A stretch of DNA of 64,000 nucleotides, from contig OZ237737.1 of the NCBI GenBank assembly GCA_965178125.1, forward strand, positions 1,302,001 to 1,366,000. Direction: 5' to 3'. This DNA comes from Bilabrum cf. latius (taxonomy: Eukaryota). How positions within the stretch are numbered: position 1 is the first letter of the stretch; every line of letters starts with the position of its first letter. Shown piece by piece: positions 24,501-37,800 of the stretch. The notes under the pieces were generated by a model that saw only the letters and a program-made list of their open reading frames with translations, made no database searches and was not told where the DNA came from. The position numbers and the translations under genes were made by a program.

Positions 24501-27223
24501 GGCGGTGGCTCCAAGCCCGGTGGACTCGTACGGCGCGGTGCCACCCGCCGCGGAACCGGGGGCCTCGAGTACCGTCGAGGCCAGCGCAGAGGTGGTGGGC
24601 CTGTGGATGGGAGGCAAGCCACCGATGGAAGGCAGCAGCATGGAGTGGGCGGGGTACCCTCCGCCGGGGGCAGGCAACGTGCTGGGACGGGAGTTGTCGC
24701 CTTCTCTAGTCTGGTCCTGCTCCAGCGAAGGACCGCGCAGCGTGTGTCCGCCCAACAACATACCAGCAGTAGCAACAGACCCGCCGTCTGTCTCCTTGGA
24801 CTCGCCCAAACCCTGCGCCGGATCGCCGTCGTCACCAAAAAGCTCGGTGCTTTCGTTGCCGATCTGAAGCCTAGACGCGCCGCCGGCACCAGCACCGGCG
24901 GCGGGACCGAGCTAGTTGTCAAGCCGAAGGGTGGTGCTTGCCGCCGGCTCCAGGTGGAACGAGCGCCCGAGCCTGCCACCTGCCGCGCTGCCCCACGTCC
25001 ACATCCGCCCGTCAGCACCGGCGATCGCGCTGTGATGCGCCCCCGCCGATACGTGCACCGCCCGCAGAGGCACCCGCTCCAAAGCATCACCGGCTCCACC
25101 ACGCGACATCGCTCCATCGTTGTCTCGGTCCAGCAGCTCCATGTCGCCGCACCCAGGCCCAGCGTCGGCGAAGAAGGCGAGACACGCCGCTGGCTGCCTC
25201 TCCAGCGCCAGCTCCGCGTCTTTGACCGCCCTCTGATCATCCAGCGACAACCCTCCTGCTGCGCCGTCTCTGGCCCTCCGAGCAGCCGCAGTTGCGATGG
25301 CCGCCACGATGGAGGGGCCCTACGACTCGAACCGCAGCCCCCGCCTCCAGAGCGTCGCCATCTTGCCGCGTACGGGCGCGCCCTCCCCAGCACCGCCCCC
25401 CTCGCCAGACCCGGGCACTCGCGCAGCACCCACGGCGGACCGACCTTCGCCTACTTCGTCGAGCAGGCTAGCGCTTACTGCCAGCCTGGCCGGGACGTGC
25501 CTTGCCCGCGTGTCCCCGGTGCCCAGCTGCCCCTTCGCGTTCAACCCGCAGGCAAACACGGCACCCGATGCTGACCGTGCCATCGTGTGCGCCCACCCGC
25601 ACGCCACCTGCACGAAGCTAGAGTCCTCTGGACACCTATCCGCAACGAGCCGGGGCCGGTCCACCCCCGAGCAGTGCCTGCCCAGACCGAGCTGGCCGCA
25701 CGCGTTCTCCCCCCACGCGAGCCATTCCCCAGTCTGCAGCACGCAAGCGGTGTGCCTGCCGCCACACGACACCGATTTCACCCCGAGGCCGTGCAGCGCC
25801 GACACGTACGTGGGCGCCGGGACGAGCGCCCTGGCCCTGGCCCCGAGAGGGACCCTCGGCCTGGCCTTGGAGAACGGCATGTCCCTCGTCTCACCCTCCA
25901 CACCGGATGCGCCGCCGCCCTCACCGCCACCAGCCTGGACGCCCCCCTCTTTCTGCAGCTGATCCAGGGTCCATCCTTCCCTCTCCTTCTCCCACTTGCT
26001 TCGAAGGTTTTCGTTCCCCTCGCCCTCGCCGCCCCCCTCGGGCTGTTGCTCGTCTCCGTCCTCCATCTCCATCGAGACGCGCTGCCTGCCGTCCTCTGCA
26101 GCCGCTTCGGTTCTCGCAGCGGCCCCGCCCGGGGATTTGCTCTCCGCCTTCGAACCAAAGTTGCTACCACCGCTTCCAAGCGGTGCTCCTTGCCGGATGG
26201 CGTCCGGGTCGCGCCCTTGCAGATCTGGCCTCGCAGCTGCTTCGGCCAAGAACGCTGGCTTCGCGTCCGACAAGGCCTGCGGGTGCGCATACCTGTCTCT
26301 GGCGCCGCCTCCTGCGGCGAGCCTGGGCTTGTGGACCCCCAGCCCCTGCCGCTTGGGACCCAGACCCAGCTGGCCCTCTGTGCCTCTGCCCCACGTGTAC
26401 AGCCCACCGGCCGCCGACACCGCCGCCGAGTGCTCCGTGCCACACGACGCCTCCACCACCTCTGCCCCTGCGAGCCGCTGCACTGCGCGAGGCACCCTCA
26501 CGAACGGCAGCGAAGAGTGCAATCCGCACTGGCCCCGGTCGTTGCGACCCCATGCCAGCACAGCCCCATCGTGGGTCACTATAAGCGCGTGACCGCCACC
26601 CAAAGCTACCTGCGAACCGAAAAAAATCGAACTATCGACGAGCATCCAGATGAGGCGCTTGGGAAGTAAGACCCGCCACAAGAGGACACAAGGCAATTTT
26701 CCAACCAAAGGCCTACGAGTCATCATTGTCTCACCTAATTTGGTCTCGCGGCAGCGCATGCAGCCTCGAGAGCAGTCCGGGCCATCTCCATACCTTCCTC
26801 GGGATCAGACGGATCAGCGAGATCCGTTGCAAAGCCTGGTAGCTCCTGCTCAGCATCCATAGCTGCCAGCGCCAGCTGCCCGGTCTTTCCTGGCCGAACA
26901 GTCTCTACAAGTGCGTCGGCGCTTGCACTTGCATGCTGTTGCGGTTGCCTGCCATACTTCACGGCGTTGGTTATGGCAGCCCTTACAGCAGGCACAGAGA
27001 CTGAATCCGGCATTTGAGCCCACACTAGACCCTTTGAAGGCAGCACCGCTGCCGCACCACCATGGGGATCGCTTCCGGCTGCTGCTAGGGCAGCCACAGA
27101 TGCACCGGCAGCTTCCTCGTGGACCGATGTGCATCCATCCTTCTCTGCCCCAACAGACAAAAACGTTCCATATGGCGCACCTCTGGCAGCGAGAGCTGCT
27201 TCAAGCTCGCCTGAATTCGACAT
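18558..27223 (-). CDS. Very large RCC1-repeat protein with IPT/TIG-like segments (~2,850 aa)
   Basis: Exon 1 26735-27223, intron 26610-26734, then ORFs 25320-, 24912-, 20799-, 19704- and 18558- all in one frame joined by TAG; ends TGA. RCC1 repeats such as VALGGGHALIVTHDGAVLAWGRNDRGQCG and VQVACGWAHTMA; IPT-like GVAPGVFRTSGGARLALFGPGL and VEVSFDGGATF. Confidence 0.8.
26610..26734 (-). other. Spliceosomal intron of the RCC1 gene
   Basis: TAG|GTGAG ... TTTTTTTTCGGTTCGCAG|GTA, phase 0. Confidence 0.75.
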
Positions 27224-27340
27224 GTTCGGGCGGTATTTGCCTTTTTTGATCGTTGATCCATCGTCCGATATAATTCAGTTTGTAACGTAATAGTTGGCAT
27301 GCAACTGCAACTCGATAAAAAGGGCCCGTAACATAAAGAA

Positions 27341-28684
27341 ATGACCTTAAATCTGGGTTGTGTTCTTGCTATTCTATTGGTTTATACGTTGAATGCAGTC
27401 TCAGCAGGCGGGAATAGCAGAAACCCCGCATTGGTAGCAATTGAAAGGCTAGCGTCTCCGCACCGCAGGTGCTCTGAATAGCTGGACTCGATTGAAGGTA
27501 GTGTTGTTAGCACAAATGAGCTTCGCCAATCGTTTGAAAGTATGTGGAAAGGTGCAAAGCCATTTGTCTTGAAGAGAGGCAAAGATTGCATTCATAATCA
27601 AGCCATTAGCGCAATGCGGGCCGAGACTGAGGAGGCAAACGTGGCAAATGAGTGGGCCCGAACTCCAGTAGTTCTTGCTGGTTCGTCCTCATTCAATTCG
27701 AAGCAGAAAGAGTCGACACTGGGCTCTTACATCCAAGGGTTGAGCAAGCGTGCCCGGCAGATGAAGGCAAGGCTGCAATCTGAGAACTGGATGCTCCAGC
27801 TACGGAACAGCAGCGAGTCGGCGCTCTACGATTACTACCTGTTTGGCGACACGTTGAATCCACAATGGAACTAGCTGCAAGGTATGTATGGCGGCGCCCC
27901 TTCTCACTTCGGTGAACGAAAGCAATCACCTCAGACGAGCAGCTAGCCCACGACTCGCACCGGCGGCAGCTCCCTCGTCCCGCCGTGCATCAAACCGGAA
28001 GAAGAGCCCCTGCCAACTCTTGGAATCGGAGGATTATACTCTGGGGTTCAGTTCCACACCCACGGAGCCGCCTGGGCTGAGGTGCTGCACGGCTCGAAGC
28101 TGTGGCTTCTTGCCCCCCCCAGCTAGTTCTAGTCACCTGGGGATGGGGACGTTGATGGTGATGGCGATAGTGATAGCGATGCAAGCAGCGCGGGGGGCTT
28201 GGGATTGGGATACGGTACGTTTGGGTCGGAGCTGAAGGATAGTGTCGGTGCCCGCTCAGAGGGCCTGGCCGCGGGTCGTGATTCAGCCGCAAGGTCGAAC
28301 GCCAGCGACACCGCAAGCTAGCCCCGTGGCAATGACGGCTCTCCTGCCAGGCCCAGTGCAAGGGTTAGGGACTGGATCCGTGTGGGACCATGGGACGACC
28401 GCGAGAACCAACTGGAAACGACAGCCTTCGGAGGAGGTGCAACGCTAAGGTATCGGCCGAAGCAAGGCATGATAGAGTGGGTGTTGCGGGCGGGCAACCA
28501 GACGAGCTCCGAGGCCGACCCAGGGGTGGCATGGCCAGCAGGCGTGCCCGGTGCCACTGCCTGCGTTCTAGAGCCCTGTGAGATCTTGTACATCCCGTCT
28601 CAGTGGTGGCACGCGACACTGAACCTCGAAGACTACAACGTGTTCGTGTCAACGTTTGTGCGGGAGATCTAGAGCAAGCCTTGA
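27341..28684 (+). CDS. JmjC/cupin protein, JMJD8-like, with signal peptide
   Basis: Hydrophobic start MTLNLGCVLAILLVYTLNAVSA; GIGGLYSGVQFHTHGAAWAEVLHGSKLWLLAPP; CVLEPCEILYIPSQWWHATLNL. One frame with 7 TAGs (27479, 27872, 27944, 28124, 28130, 28319, 28670); ends TGA. Confidence 0.85.
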
Positions 28685-28851
28685 CCTTGCAGATATATAT
28701 ATGCACAGTGCCGTGACTAAGATGCGCGCAAATCCCTATGCGTGCGCGCAAACTGAAATGTCCCAACATTGATGCATTGATCTCCTAGCTAGCAATTAAG
28801 CACCCGCGAGCGCCACCTGGAAACAATCCATTTGCCCCACCCAACACGAAG

Positions 28852-31800
28852 ATGAAGATCACAGTGCGACCAAACGCCTCCAACGGAAAGCATAGTACAA
28901 AATTAATCGCTTGCGACTTGCATGGCGTACTTGTCAGCATGAATGCAGCTGCAGTTGGAATTGGTGCACCCGGAGAGGTGCACTTGTCTGGAAAAGCATC
29001 CCAGCGGGCCAAGCGAGGAGAGTTTGAGCCACCAGCGGGCGATGACCTAGCTCAGGTAATTGGCGAGGTCAGCCTGGTTCTCTCGAAGCCAGACGACGGC
29101 ATATGCACGCTTGTTCTGCACGCAGGAATGAAAATTCGGACGGCAACCAGCAGGTCGCTCGCAGTTTTCCTTCTGCGCGGCGCAGGCGCGTGGGACCAGA
29201 TCTATCTGGAAGCCGGCGCTGGCGGCTTCCTGGACCTAGGATTGAGGCAGAGGCTGGAGCGGGAACCGCCAGCGACTCGATTTGCTCGTTGGCGTAAAAA
29301 AGGGCAGGCTGCGGCTTCAATGGGAGGGATCGGCAGGCGAGAGCCCCGCAACCAGGCCGAAGAGAAGAAATGGATGGCGTTGTCAGGGTGGGGCGGCGTC
29401 GAGCAGCTGCTTGACTCGCCCCACGACTTTTAGGACGTGCGCGCGGTAGCGATTGGAGTTCCAGTGGCTGACACCGGCGCCGATGCACGGCCACTCGTCC
29501 TGCTTGGGATCGCCTGGCTGGCTCCGGTGAATTCGCTGCTGCCTAGCATCAGCGCGGCACGAGCGGCCCGCGCTGTGCACAGTGCCGAGGGTGCCGACGT
29601 GAGCGCAGTCATGGCGGAGGCAGACGCAGCCGCAAAAGAGCGCGAGTAGGAACTGGACGATTTCGCGGGGGAGGAAAGCTCCGGGGTGCGTGCCACGAGG
29701 ATCAGGGGGGCCACAGCGGACGCGGTGATGGACCAGGGCAAGGACCTGCTTGACAGGGGCATAGACCCTTTCTTCGTGCCCCCGGCTGCCGTGCTTCCGA
29801 AGGCCCTGCGAAACGGGCTGGAGCTTGCCGGGCGCTTGCACAGCCTGCGCCGCACGCCGCTGAACGTCCCCGTTATCAGCAAGCCGGTCACGAGCGGCGG
29901 CCTCTTCGGCAGCTCTGGCTCTGGCGGTGCGGACGACGGGGATGATTCTGCCGGAGGGGGTGCCAGAGGGGCACGGGCCTAGGACGAGTCGGCGGGCAGG
30001 GACACTGACGCCAAGACGCTCCAGCAGGCGCTCAGCACGAGGTCGGTGAATCACAGAGTCGAGCAGCAGCGGCGGATGTGGCAGTCCTCCAGGCGTCTGG
30101 GCCTGGGCGCCCTGGGCCCCTCATCTCGCGGCATGCGGGCCTAGTCTCCGCGCCGGGGGCAGGGCAGGGGCGCCGTTAACCGGGGCGCCGCGCTTGCCAG
30201 AGCCAATGCAAGCTTGGACGCATCCGTGGCCACCGGTGGGCCCATGACGAGCATGGACCGTCCTGGCAGTGCCGGCTTGACGCTTGAAGACGGAGTGGCT
30301 GGCAGCGGCAGGGGCAGTCCGACTGTGGCGCCCTCTGGCGGCGTCTTGGCGCAGGGGGGCTCTCGAAGGGGGCTGAGCGTAAGGTGGGGTGACGCAGGCA
30401 AAAGCATGGACCAGCTGGACGACGAGGGCAGACCTTTGTCTCGGGGAAGCGCCGCAGGTGCCGGGAGGCCGGGCTCTGCGGGCTCTGCCACTGGTGATAC
30501 CGGGCTAAGTATGGTGGTGGCCCCTGCTCCACGCGGAGGTATGCTGTCCCGCGGACCGGGAGGAAGTGGACGCGGCATGAATTTCGAGAAGAGCCGGAGG
30601 CAGCTCGTGCTGGAGGACGAGGAGGACGCAATCGCGAAGGTAGATGGAGTTCCCTTGCCGCAGCTGCACCTGGCAGGGCAGCTATTGGCGAGAGATGAGG
30701 ACGAGAGGTCGGCCCAGGCCAAGGCAGTCATCCATAGGATCGTGGGAAGGTCGTGGCGCGGCCAGCAGAAGCATGATCAGAGGGATGCGAGTGTTTCAAA
30801 GGGTGAGATCGGATCGAATGGGAAAAACACCGGAATTATGAGCAGCAGCGAGTCCGAAGACGAAGAGGGGGCAGGTGGTGATAGCGCAGATCAGACGCGA
30901 GCTACTGGAGCATCTTCATCCAAGAAGAAAGCGAGGAAGAAGGCCGCACTGGGACTCACGACTGGGCCTCGGCTGCGCCCGCAGCAGCTGCATGGGGCGC
31001 TGACGATCCTCGGCCTCTCTCTGCTGCCTGGGCAGTCCCAAGCGTTCCTCATGTCGTTCGCGCGGCACGTTCCACCTCCCATTCGTGGCTTGATGAAGCG
31101 GCTTTACCACAGGATCCGTCGGGAGCGCGAGAGGAAACGCAGGGAGGACGAGATTGGTGGGCTCACCCCGTTTGGTGGCGGGATCTCTGGTGGTGGGGAC
31201 GCAGATGGCCTGTCCACTGCACGAACGGAAGGCACCGTGGATTCCACCGTGCTAAGCACCACCAAGATAACGCCAAAAGAGGCGCGAGAAGCGGCAGACA
31301 AGTTAGACGACAAAGCCATGGATCCGTTCGCCTGCGTGACGGCTCATCATCTCAGCCTGTTGCTCGCAGTGGTGCGCCGTGCTGCCGTCCTCAGCCCGAC
31401 TTGGCTGGTGCGTCCCACGGCGATGGACGGGTTTCGCATGGCATCAACCGACGGAGTGCGTCTCGATCTTCCCGAGTTTGTACTTGCAATATCGCTCGTG
31501 GGAATCTACACATTCGCTTCGGATGCGGACGCGTACGCAGGGTATCCTGAAGCCGAAGCAGGAGCCAAGCTGACTCGCAACCAGCTGCTGGACTACTACA
31601 TCAAAAAAAGGCATGCCACGGGAGCAGATGTGGAAGAAGACGCCAAGGCTGGGAATCTTGCGGGCGCGGGGGCATCTGAAGAAGTAGCTGGTGATCTTGC
31701 TCTGCTGCAGCAGCGAGCTGACGGCCGGCTGCCCATGGCTGACCTGGACAAGCTCGGCCGGCCCGATACGCGAGGCCTGGTGCGGCACGATGGGTCCATC

Positions 31801-34800
31801 GAGCTCGGATCAGAACTCCAAAAACGCCATTCGAAGGAGGCGCGGACCGCAAAGAACGTGCGGTTTGTGGTTTCTACCGGCTAGAAGTCTTCGTCCGGCG
31901 TGTCGTCTGAGGAAGAGGGCTTCAGGGTCCCGGGTGGCTCCTCCTCGAGCAGCTCCAGCTGGGGTGGTGCCAACACAAATGAGGAGCAAGATGATTTTCA
32001 GAGCATGGAAGTCTAGTTGTCTACGTCTGAGCTGGAGTGTATCCGCCTCAAGAGCAAGTCATTCGGCGGATCGATTGTGCTCCTAGTGGGCCCTGCCGCG
32101 TACAATAGGCTGCGACCCCCCAAGAACAAGGAGGACGATGATGACCGGATCGCAAAGTCCACGGTTAAGACTGCCGGTCAGCTTGGGGGATACAGGCTCT
32201 GGGAGCGCGCCCGCAGCGCGTTCATGAAGTATTCGAGTGACGGCGTGTTCGTTGGCATGGCTGGGTTCTGTGAGGCTCTTGGGGCGCTGACCCTGCGAGC
32301 GTTTGAAGAGGCCGAGCGAAGAGATGACGAGCGGCGGGCGTGGTACGCCAACGAAGCAAGGAAGTTGCGTGCAAGGAAACGGGAGCGCATGGAGGCGCTC
32401 CATCAGGCCAGGATGCAGGTGCTGAAACGGTTGGAGGAAAGAAACGCTGCCATTGCCACAGACGAGTCGGACGGCAGACTGGTTTCCGGCGTATCCATGG
32501 GAACAAGCGGGAGGCTGATCACCCACCATATCTCTGATGCTTCCATGTCTGGGATCGTGAGACCCGACTCGAGAGAATCCACGGGAATGGTCCGTGGTGC
32601 CCGAGCAAGGGAGGATGAGAGGCCAGTTGACGCACCTGGGTCTGATGGCATCGCTCGAGGCAGGCGCTCCTCCCGCGGCCCTGCCGCCCTGGTGGGTGCG
32701 CGCAGACCTACCAGCCCCGAGATCCTTGCGCCTGTCAAGGTAGGAGGTGGTGTGCGAGACCGTAGCGCGTCTCCTGGCGCCACCTCGGATGCGGAACAGG
32801 GACGGCCCTCAGGGATCCTGCGAAAGCCACCAAGGCCAACGTCCCCGCTGCGCCTCGAGCCGCAACCGAGAGGTTCTGTTCCGGGCATTACCCGAGGTAC
32901 TGACTCCAGGGCGAGATTAGATTCGGGTGCTTCGGATTCTGAGACCCGACAGACTTCTGGAAGGTCGATAGACAGCGCTCAGAGGCAACGCATTAGCTCG
33001 GCTGAGTCAGACAGGTCGGGAGACGGCTCGGCCTCGGGTGGAAGCGGTCAGGCAAAAGAGGGCGCTGAGACGCCCACGCGTCCCGGTTCGCATAGAAGCA
33101 CAGGCAGCGGAAGGCCTCCAAGCGGTGCGACCAAGCCTCGCAGAGGCAGCAGCGGCAGCCCCTCTAATAAGCGAAGAGGCTCTCAGTCCCGGCGCGGTGG
33201 CGGCGCCCGTGCTGCGCAGCGGCGCGAGAAGCTGCGTGCGCGACGAGCAGGGGGCACGAAGAAGTCACGTTCCGGATCTGTTGGCAAATTCAGCGGCGGT
33301 CAGAGCAATAACAAGAGCGCAAACAGGCTGGGTACGCCCGATCCGACCTCAGGGAGCCGAGGAAGCAGGCCAACCACCGGAGCTATGGCCAGGGGTTCGC
33401 GGGCCAGGTCCAGCAGCAGGAGCGTAGTGCGCCACGAAGGGTCTTAGTCTGTTGCACCCACTTCGTCCATGCGCATCGCCAAGCCAGCCGGATCAAAGGC
33501 AGGGAAGCGAGCGCGTATGCGGCGACGCTCCATGCTGCAGAAGCAGCAAACGGAAGAGGAGCGCATGAACGAGTCTGAGGTGCTGCAGCGGCTCGTGTGG
33601 CAGCCGAAGGGAGACCCGTACTTTGTAACTGTCGCGGCTTTTGCAGAATATGTCCGTCTTGAGGACCAGAAAAGGCTTGCGGAGCTGAGCAAGATCGCCG
33701 ATGATGTCACCCCGCCGCCAGCCAAGGTGAGCGACAGCCGTCAGAAGAGGAGACAGCTGCGGCGAACGCAGGAGAAAAAGGCGCGTGTGGACAATGCGAT
33801 CGAGGACCAGGAGCGGCAGAAAGAGTCCAAAGAGGAAGAAGAAAAAAGGAAAAAAGCGTACGAAGAGGAAGCCAAGCTGCGCAAGAAGCTGCAGGAGGCC
33901 GTTGCCGGCAGGGAGCGGGCAGAGCGTGCTGTTGAGAGGGCGCAGATGGCATCGCTGGAGCAGGACTACGAGGCAGACATGAGCCGAAGGGGGGCCGACA
34001 CGCTGGACATGTCCCGACGGTTCATTCGGGAGTCGCCCACGAGAGCTGACCTTCTTCGGGCGTGCGACCTGGAGGCCAGGCGGAAGGGTCTCGCGTCCAT
34101 GCTGGTGGACGAGCTGGCGAGCATATCGCTGGCGGACAACTCGGTGTCTTTGCTACAAGCACCATTTTTCTACTCGCTCCTGTCCCTGCAGTCTCTGGAC
34201 CTTTCCCACAACCGGCTGAAGACCTTGCCCTCCGAGATCGGCGGGCTAGGCCTACTCAGGATCCTCAAGCTGCAAGGGAATCGGCTGGAGAGCCTTCCTC
34301 CGGACATTGGCAAGCTGGGCAAGCTCGAGCTAGTGGATGCCAGCTTCAATAGGCTGGCCCGGCTACCTTCGGAGATCCTGCTGGCGTCCAGGCTTAAGGT
34401 GCTGCTGGCCAAGGGCAACAAGCTGATATCCCTACCAGAGCCGCCCAGGGAGGACCCTGACGTCAAGGCCGACCGGTTGGCAAAAATGGCAGCGTCTCAG
34501 GCGGCGTCTGTGGTGAGTGGCACGCTTCGGGCCGCCAACGCCAAGACGGAGCGGGGAAGGCAGCTGGCTGAAAAGGCAGAGGCGGAGGAGGAGGCAAGGC
34601 GTCTACGAGAGATGGAGGCAGACGACCTGAGCGACTCGGAGGACAGCGACGACGACGACAACCCGGAGTACCGCGGGCTCGATGACGTGACCATCCAGAA
34701 ACTCAAGATGCAAAAGAAGAGAAAGCGGATGGCCGACAAGCGCAAGAAGCTGCTGACCGGCTCTGGCGGGGAGCAGACTTCGCTAGCCATCGCAAAGCGA

Positions 34801-37800
34801 ACGGTTGGAGCGGCGGGTCCTGACGGAGGCAAAGAGAGAGGGTCCCAGGGAACTGGCGGGCTCAACCGTCCGCCCCAGTTGATGCCGATGTGGCCATCAA
34901 TGATGCATCTGGACCTCCGATCAAATCAGATTGAGCAGTTACCGATGGATCCGTACTGGATGCGCATGCCGTCGTGCTCGGCACTGCTGCTCGACGACAA
35001 CCCGCTCTCGGTATTAAGCATAGCTCTTGGGCCCGGTGCAAGGTCCCTGTCGCACGCTGAGCACGCACGCAAGTAGGAACTAAAGGACAAGGCGGGCGTT
35101 GCTGCCGTTGCGCGGGACGAGGCCTACCAAGCGCAGATGGCAGCGGGGATCGGCGAGGGCATGCCCAGGCAAGCCAGCACGGATGGAGGTCCGAAGCCGC
35201 CGCCTCCCTACTTTGTACCGAGGCTCATCCTCAGCGCAAATGGGCTGCGTGGTGAGGGTCTGCGATCCTTGGGCAGCAACGTCATCCATCCCGGTCCCGC
35301 CGGGGAGCAGTCCGTCCTCACCGACATAACGAAAGGCGAGGGCTTCCCCGACTACGAACTGATCCTGCAGACGCAGAAAGAGGAGGAGGAAATCGCGCTG
35401 GCCAAGGCGCGGGCCATTGCCGCCGCAAGAGGCGATCCATCGGACTCTGCGGCACTGCAGAGGCTTCTGCACGCCCGCGCCAACAAGAAGAGGAGGCGGT
35501 CATCGATCGTAGAGCGCGCTGCTGCCGCTGCCAATGCCACAGCCATGGCGGTTGTGGGAGGCACGGCAACCAGCTCCATGCTCGCGCCGTCCAGGGGCAG
35601 CAGGGGTGGCGGTCTCACCAGAGCTGCCATCCAGACCCTGCTTGCTGCTAGCCGCCAGAGGCTTCGATTCATACAGTACGACCCCGTACTGATGACTCCA
35701 GAGTCGCTGCGGCCCATGGAGCGAGTGGCTGTGACCTACACGGTGCTCATGCGGAGAGCTGGCATCCTCTCTCTCCCCGAAGATCTCAGCGCATGGTCTC
35801 GCTCGCTGCGGTTCCTTGACCTTGCAGGCAACAAGATTAAGGAGCTGCCCGAGGCCATGGCCGACCTCAAGCGCATCGAGGCCATCAGCCTTGCCGACAA
35901 CTCGCTCGGAGGCGAGCTGGCGCCAGCCCTGTTCCAGTGCACCACTCTCAGGCATCTTGACATTTCCAGGAACTCTCACCTGCAGAAGCTTCCCGACAGC
36001 GTGGGCTCCTGCCAGTAGCTGCAGACTCTGCTCGCGCGGCAGTGCGCGTCTCTCGAGGAGATGCCCCCTACCTTCCGCATGTTGCACTCCCTTCGGCGAC
36101 TGGACCTGGCAGGGTGCGCGAGAATGAAGCGGGTCAAGTTTCGGCTCAGGAGACTGACGTCACTGACGGCGCTGCGGCTGCCCGGGGCCGTGTCGATCCG
36201 TTCCATCCCTGGGGTAGCCCCTGGCAAGAGCAAGCTCAAGAAGCTGGACACTTCCAAGCTGGCCGGACTGGCCACAGGTTCTCCGGAAATGGTCAGTGGG
36301 CCTGTCGTTCTGTCGCCCGCATCGGTTGGCAGGGGCGTGTCGCCCTCAGCCACCGACCAGAAGCGGTTCGGTGGCTTTGCGCCCACCACAGCTAAGGGCA
36401 GCGGGGACCACGACAAAGACTCGAGAGGGTCCCCTGAGCCCGGGAATGCTAGCGTTGCCACGCCGTCTCCGTCTCGCGTGCTCATGTCGAAGGGTGCCAC
36501 GGACACTGCAAAGCTCCGGGCCACACCGCCCCCGAACGTCGTGTTTCTTGACGTGAGCGGTTGCAACCTAGGAGACGCTGAGCTCTCGGCCGCAATTCTG
36601 CTTGCCATGCCGCAGCTGCGGGCGCTTTCTGCAGCTGACAACGACCTGACCAAGATTCCAGATGCAGTCTTCTCACACTCCAAGCTATCATACGTAGATC
36701 TGCGCCGCAATCGGATCCAGGAGCTGGATTCGCAGTAGGAGGAGCTGGTCCAGCACTTGCTGCCAACGGAGTGGTGGGGGCAGTGGGACAGCGGGGGCGG
36801 CCCTGCCCCGGTCGCCACACCAGGTGTAGGAGGTGAAGGGACGCACGGCCTGCCCGCCGCGACCAGGCAGCCCAACGTAATGGGATACACTCGTACGGCT
36901 CCGGGAAGCACCAAGGTGGCTCGGGGCCCGAAGCAAGCCGGCAGGCATGGCGGGTCAGATGGCTTGTTGATGCTCGAAGACGAGCAGCCGCCGCCGCCGC
37001 CGCAGACGACTGCCAAGGACCGCACCCGGATCCTTATGCCTACTCCCAAGCACCGCCTGCGGCTAGCGGGCAATCCCCTGACCCGCGTGCCTGGTCTCAG
37101 CCCTGGGGGCTTCATCGCAGACCCGGAGCTGACCGAGGACGTGACCGGTGTGAGCCAGCAGAAGGGCGACGAGGCCGCCCAGGGCGGGGATCATCAAGGC
37201 AAGGAGGGCGGCATGAGCCGCCGCACCGGTTCCTCCCAAGCAGGCCGCAAGCACAGAGACAAAATTTCGATGGCCCGCAGGGCGGCACTGAAGGTGATGA
37301 GGCTGCAGCTGGGGCGGGGAGCTCCAGGTGGGCTCCGGCGGTTCCGCACCACCCGATGGAATGGGACTGCAGCTCTCGGTTTGCTTCGGGGTTTGGTGCG
37401 CACCGGAGCGGGCGAGCCTGGGCTTCCATTCGGGGGCGCGGAACGAGAGGATGTGAGTCGGTTGGACATGAACATGATGGCTGGGGGCAGCTTCGGGGCT
37501 GCGAGCGGAGCAGGTTCAGAGGCTGGTAGCTCGGTGGTGGGCGCAGGGGGATAGGACGGTACCGCGGCCGCAGACCTGGACGGGGCCGAGAATCGCTGGG
37601 ACTGGCGCTGGGCGCTCCTCCGCGGCGGCCTCGCGCCCTCGTCGAACGCAGGAGCAGCCCCCAGCGAATGGCTTCTCAAGGCGCACGAGGGGCTTTGGAC
37701 CGAGGCGGTGGCAGGGACGGGGGTCGGCCACGAGGCAAAGAACTCGGCCGGCGGGCTGTGGATGTGCATTCCTGAGGCTGCGCTGCTTGAGGAGGCCGAG

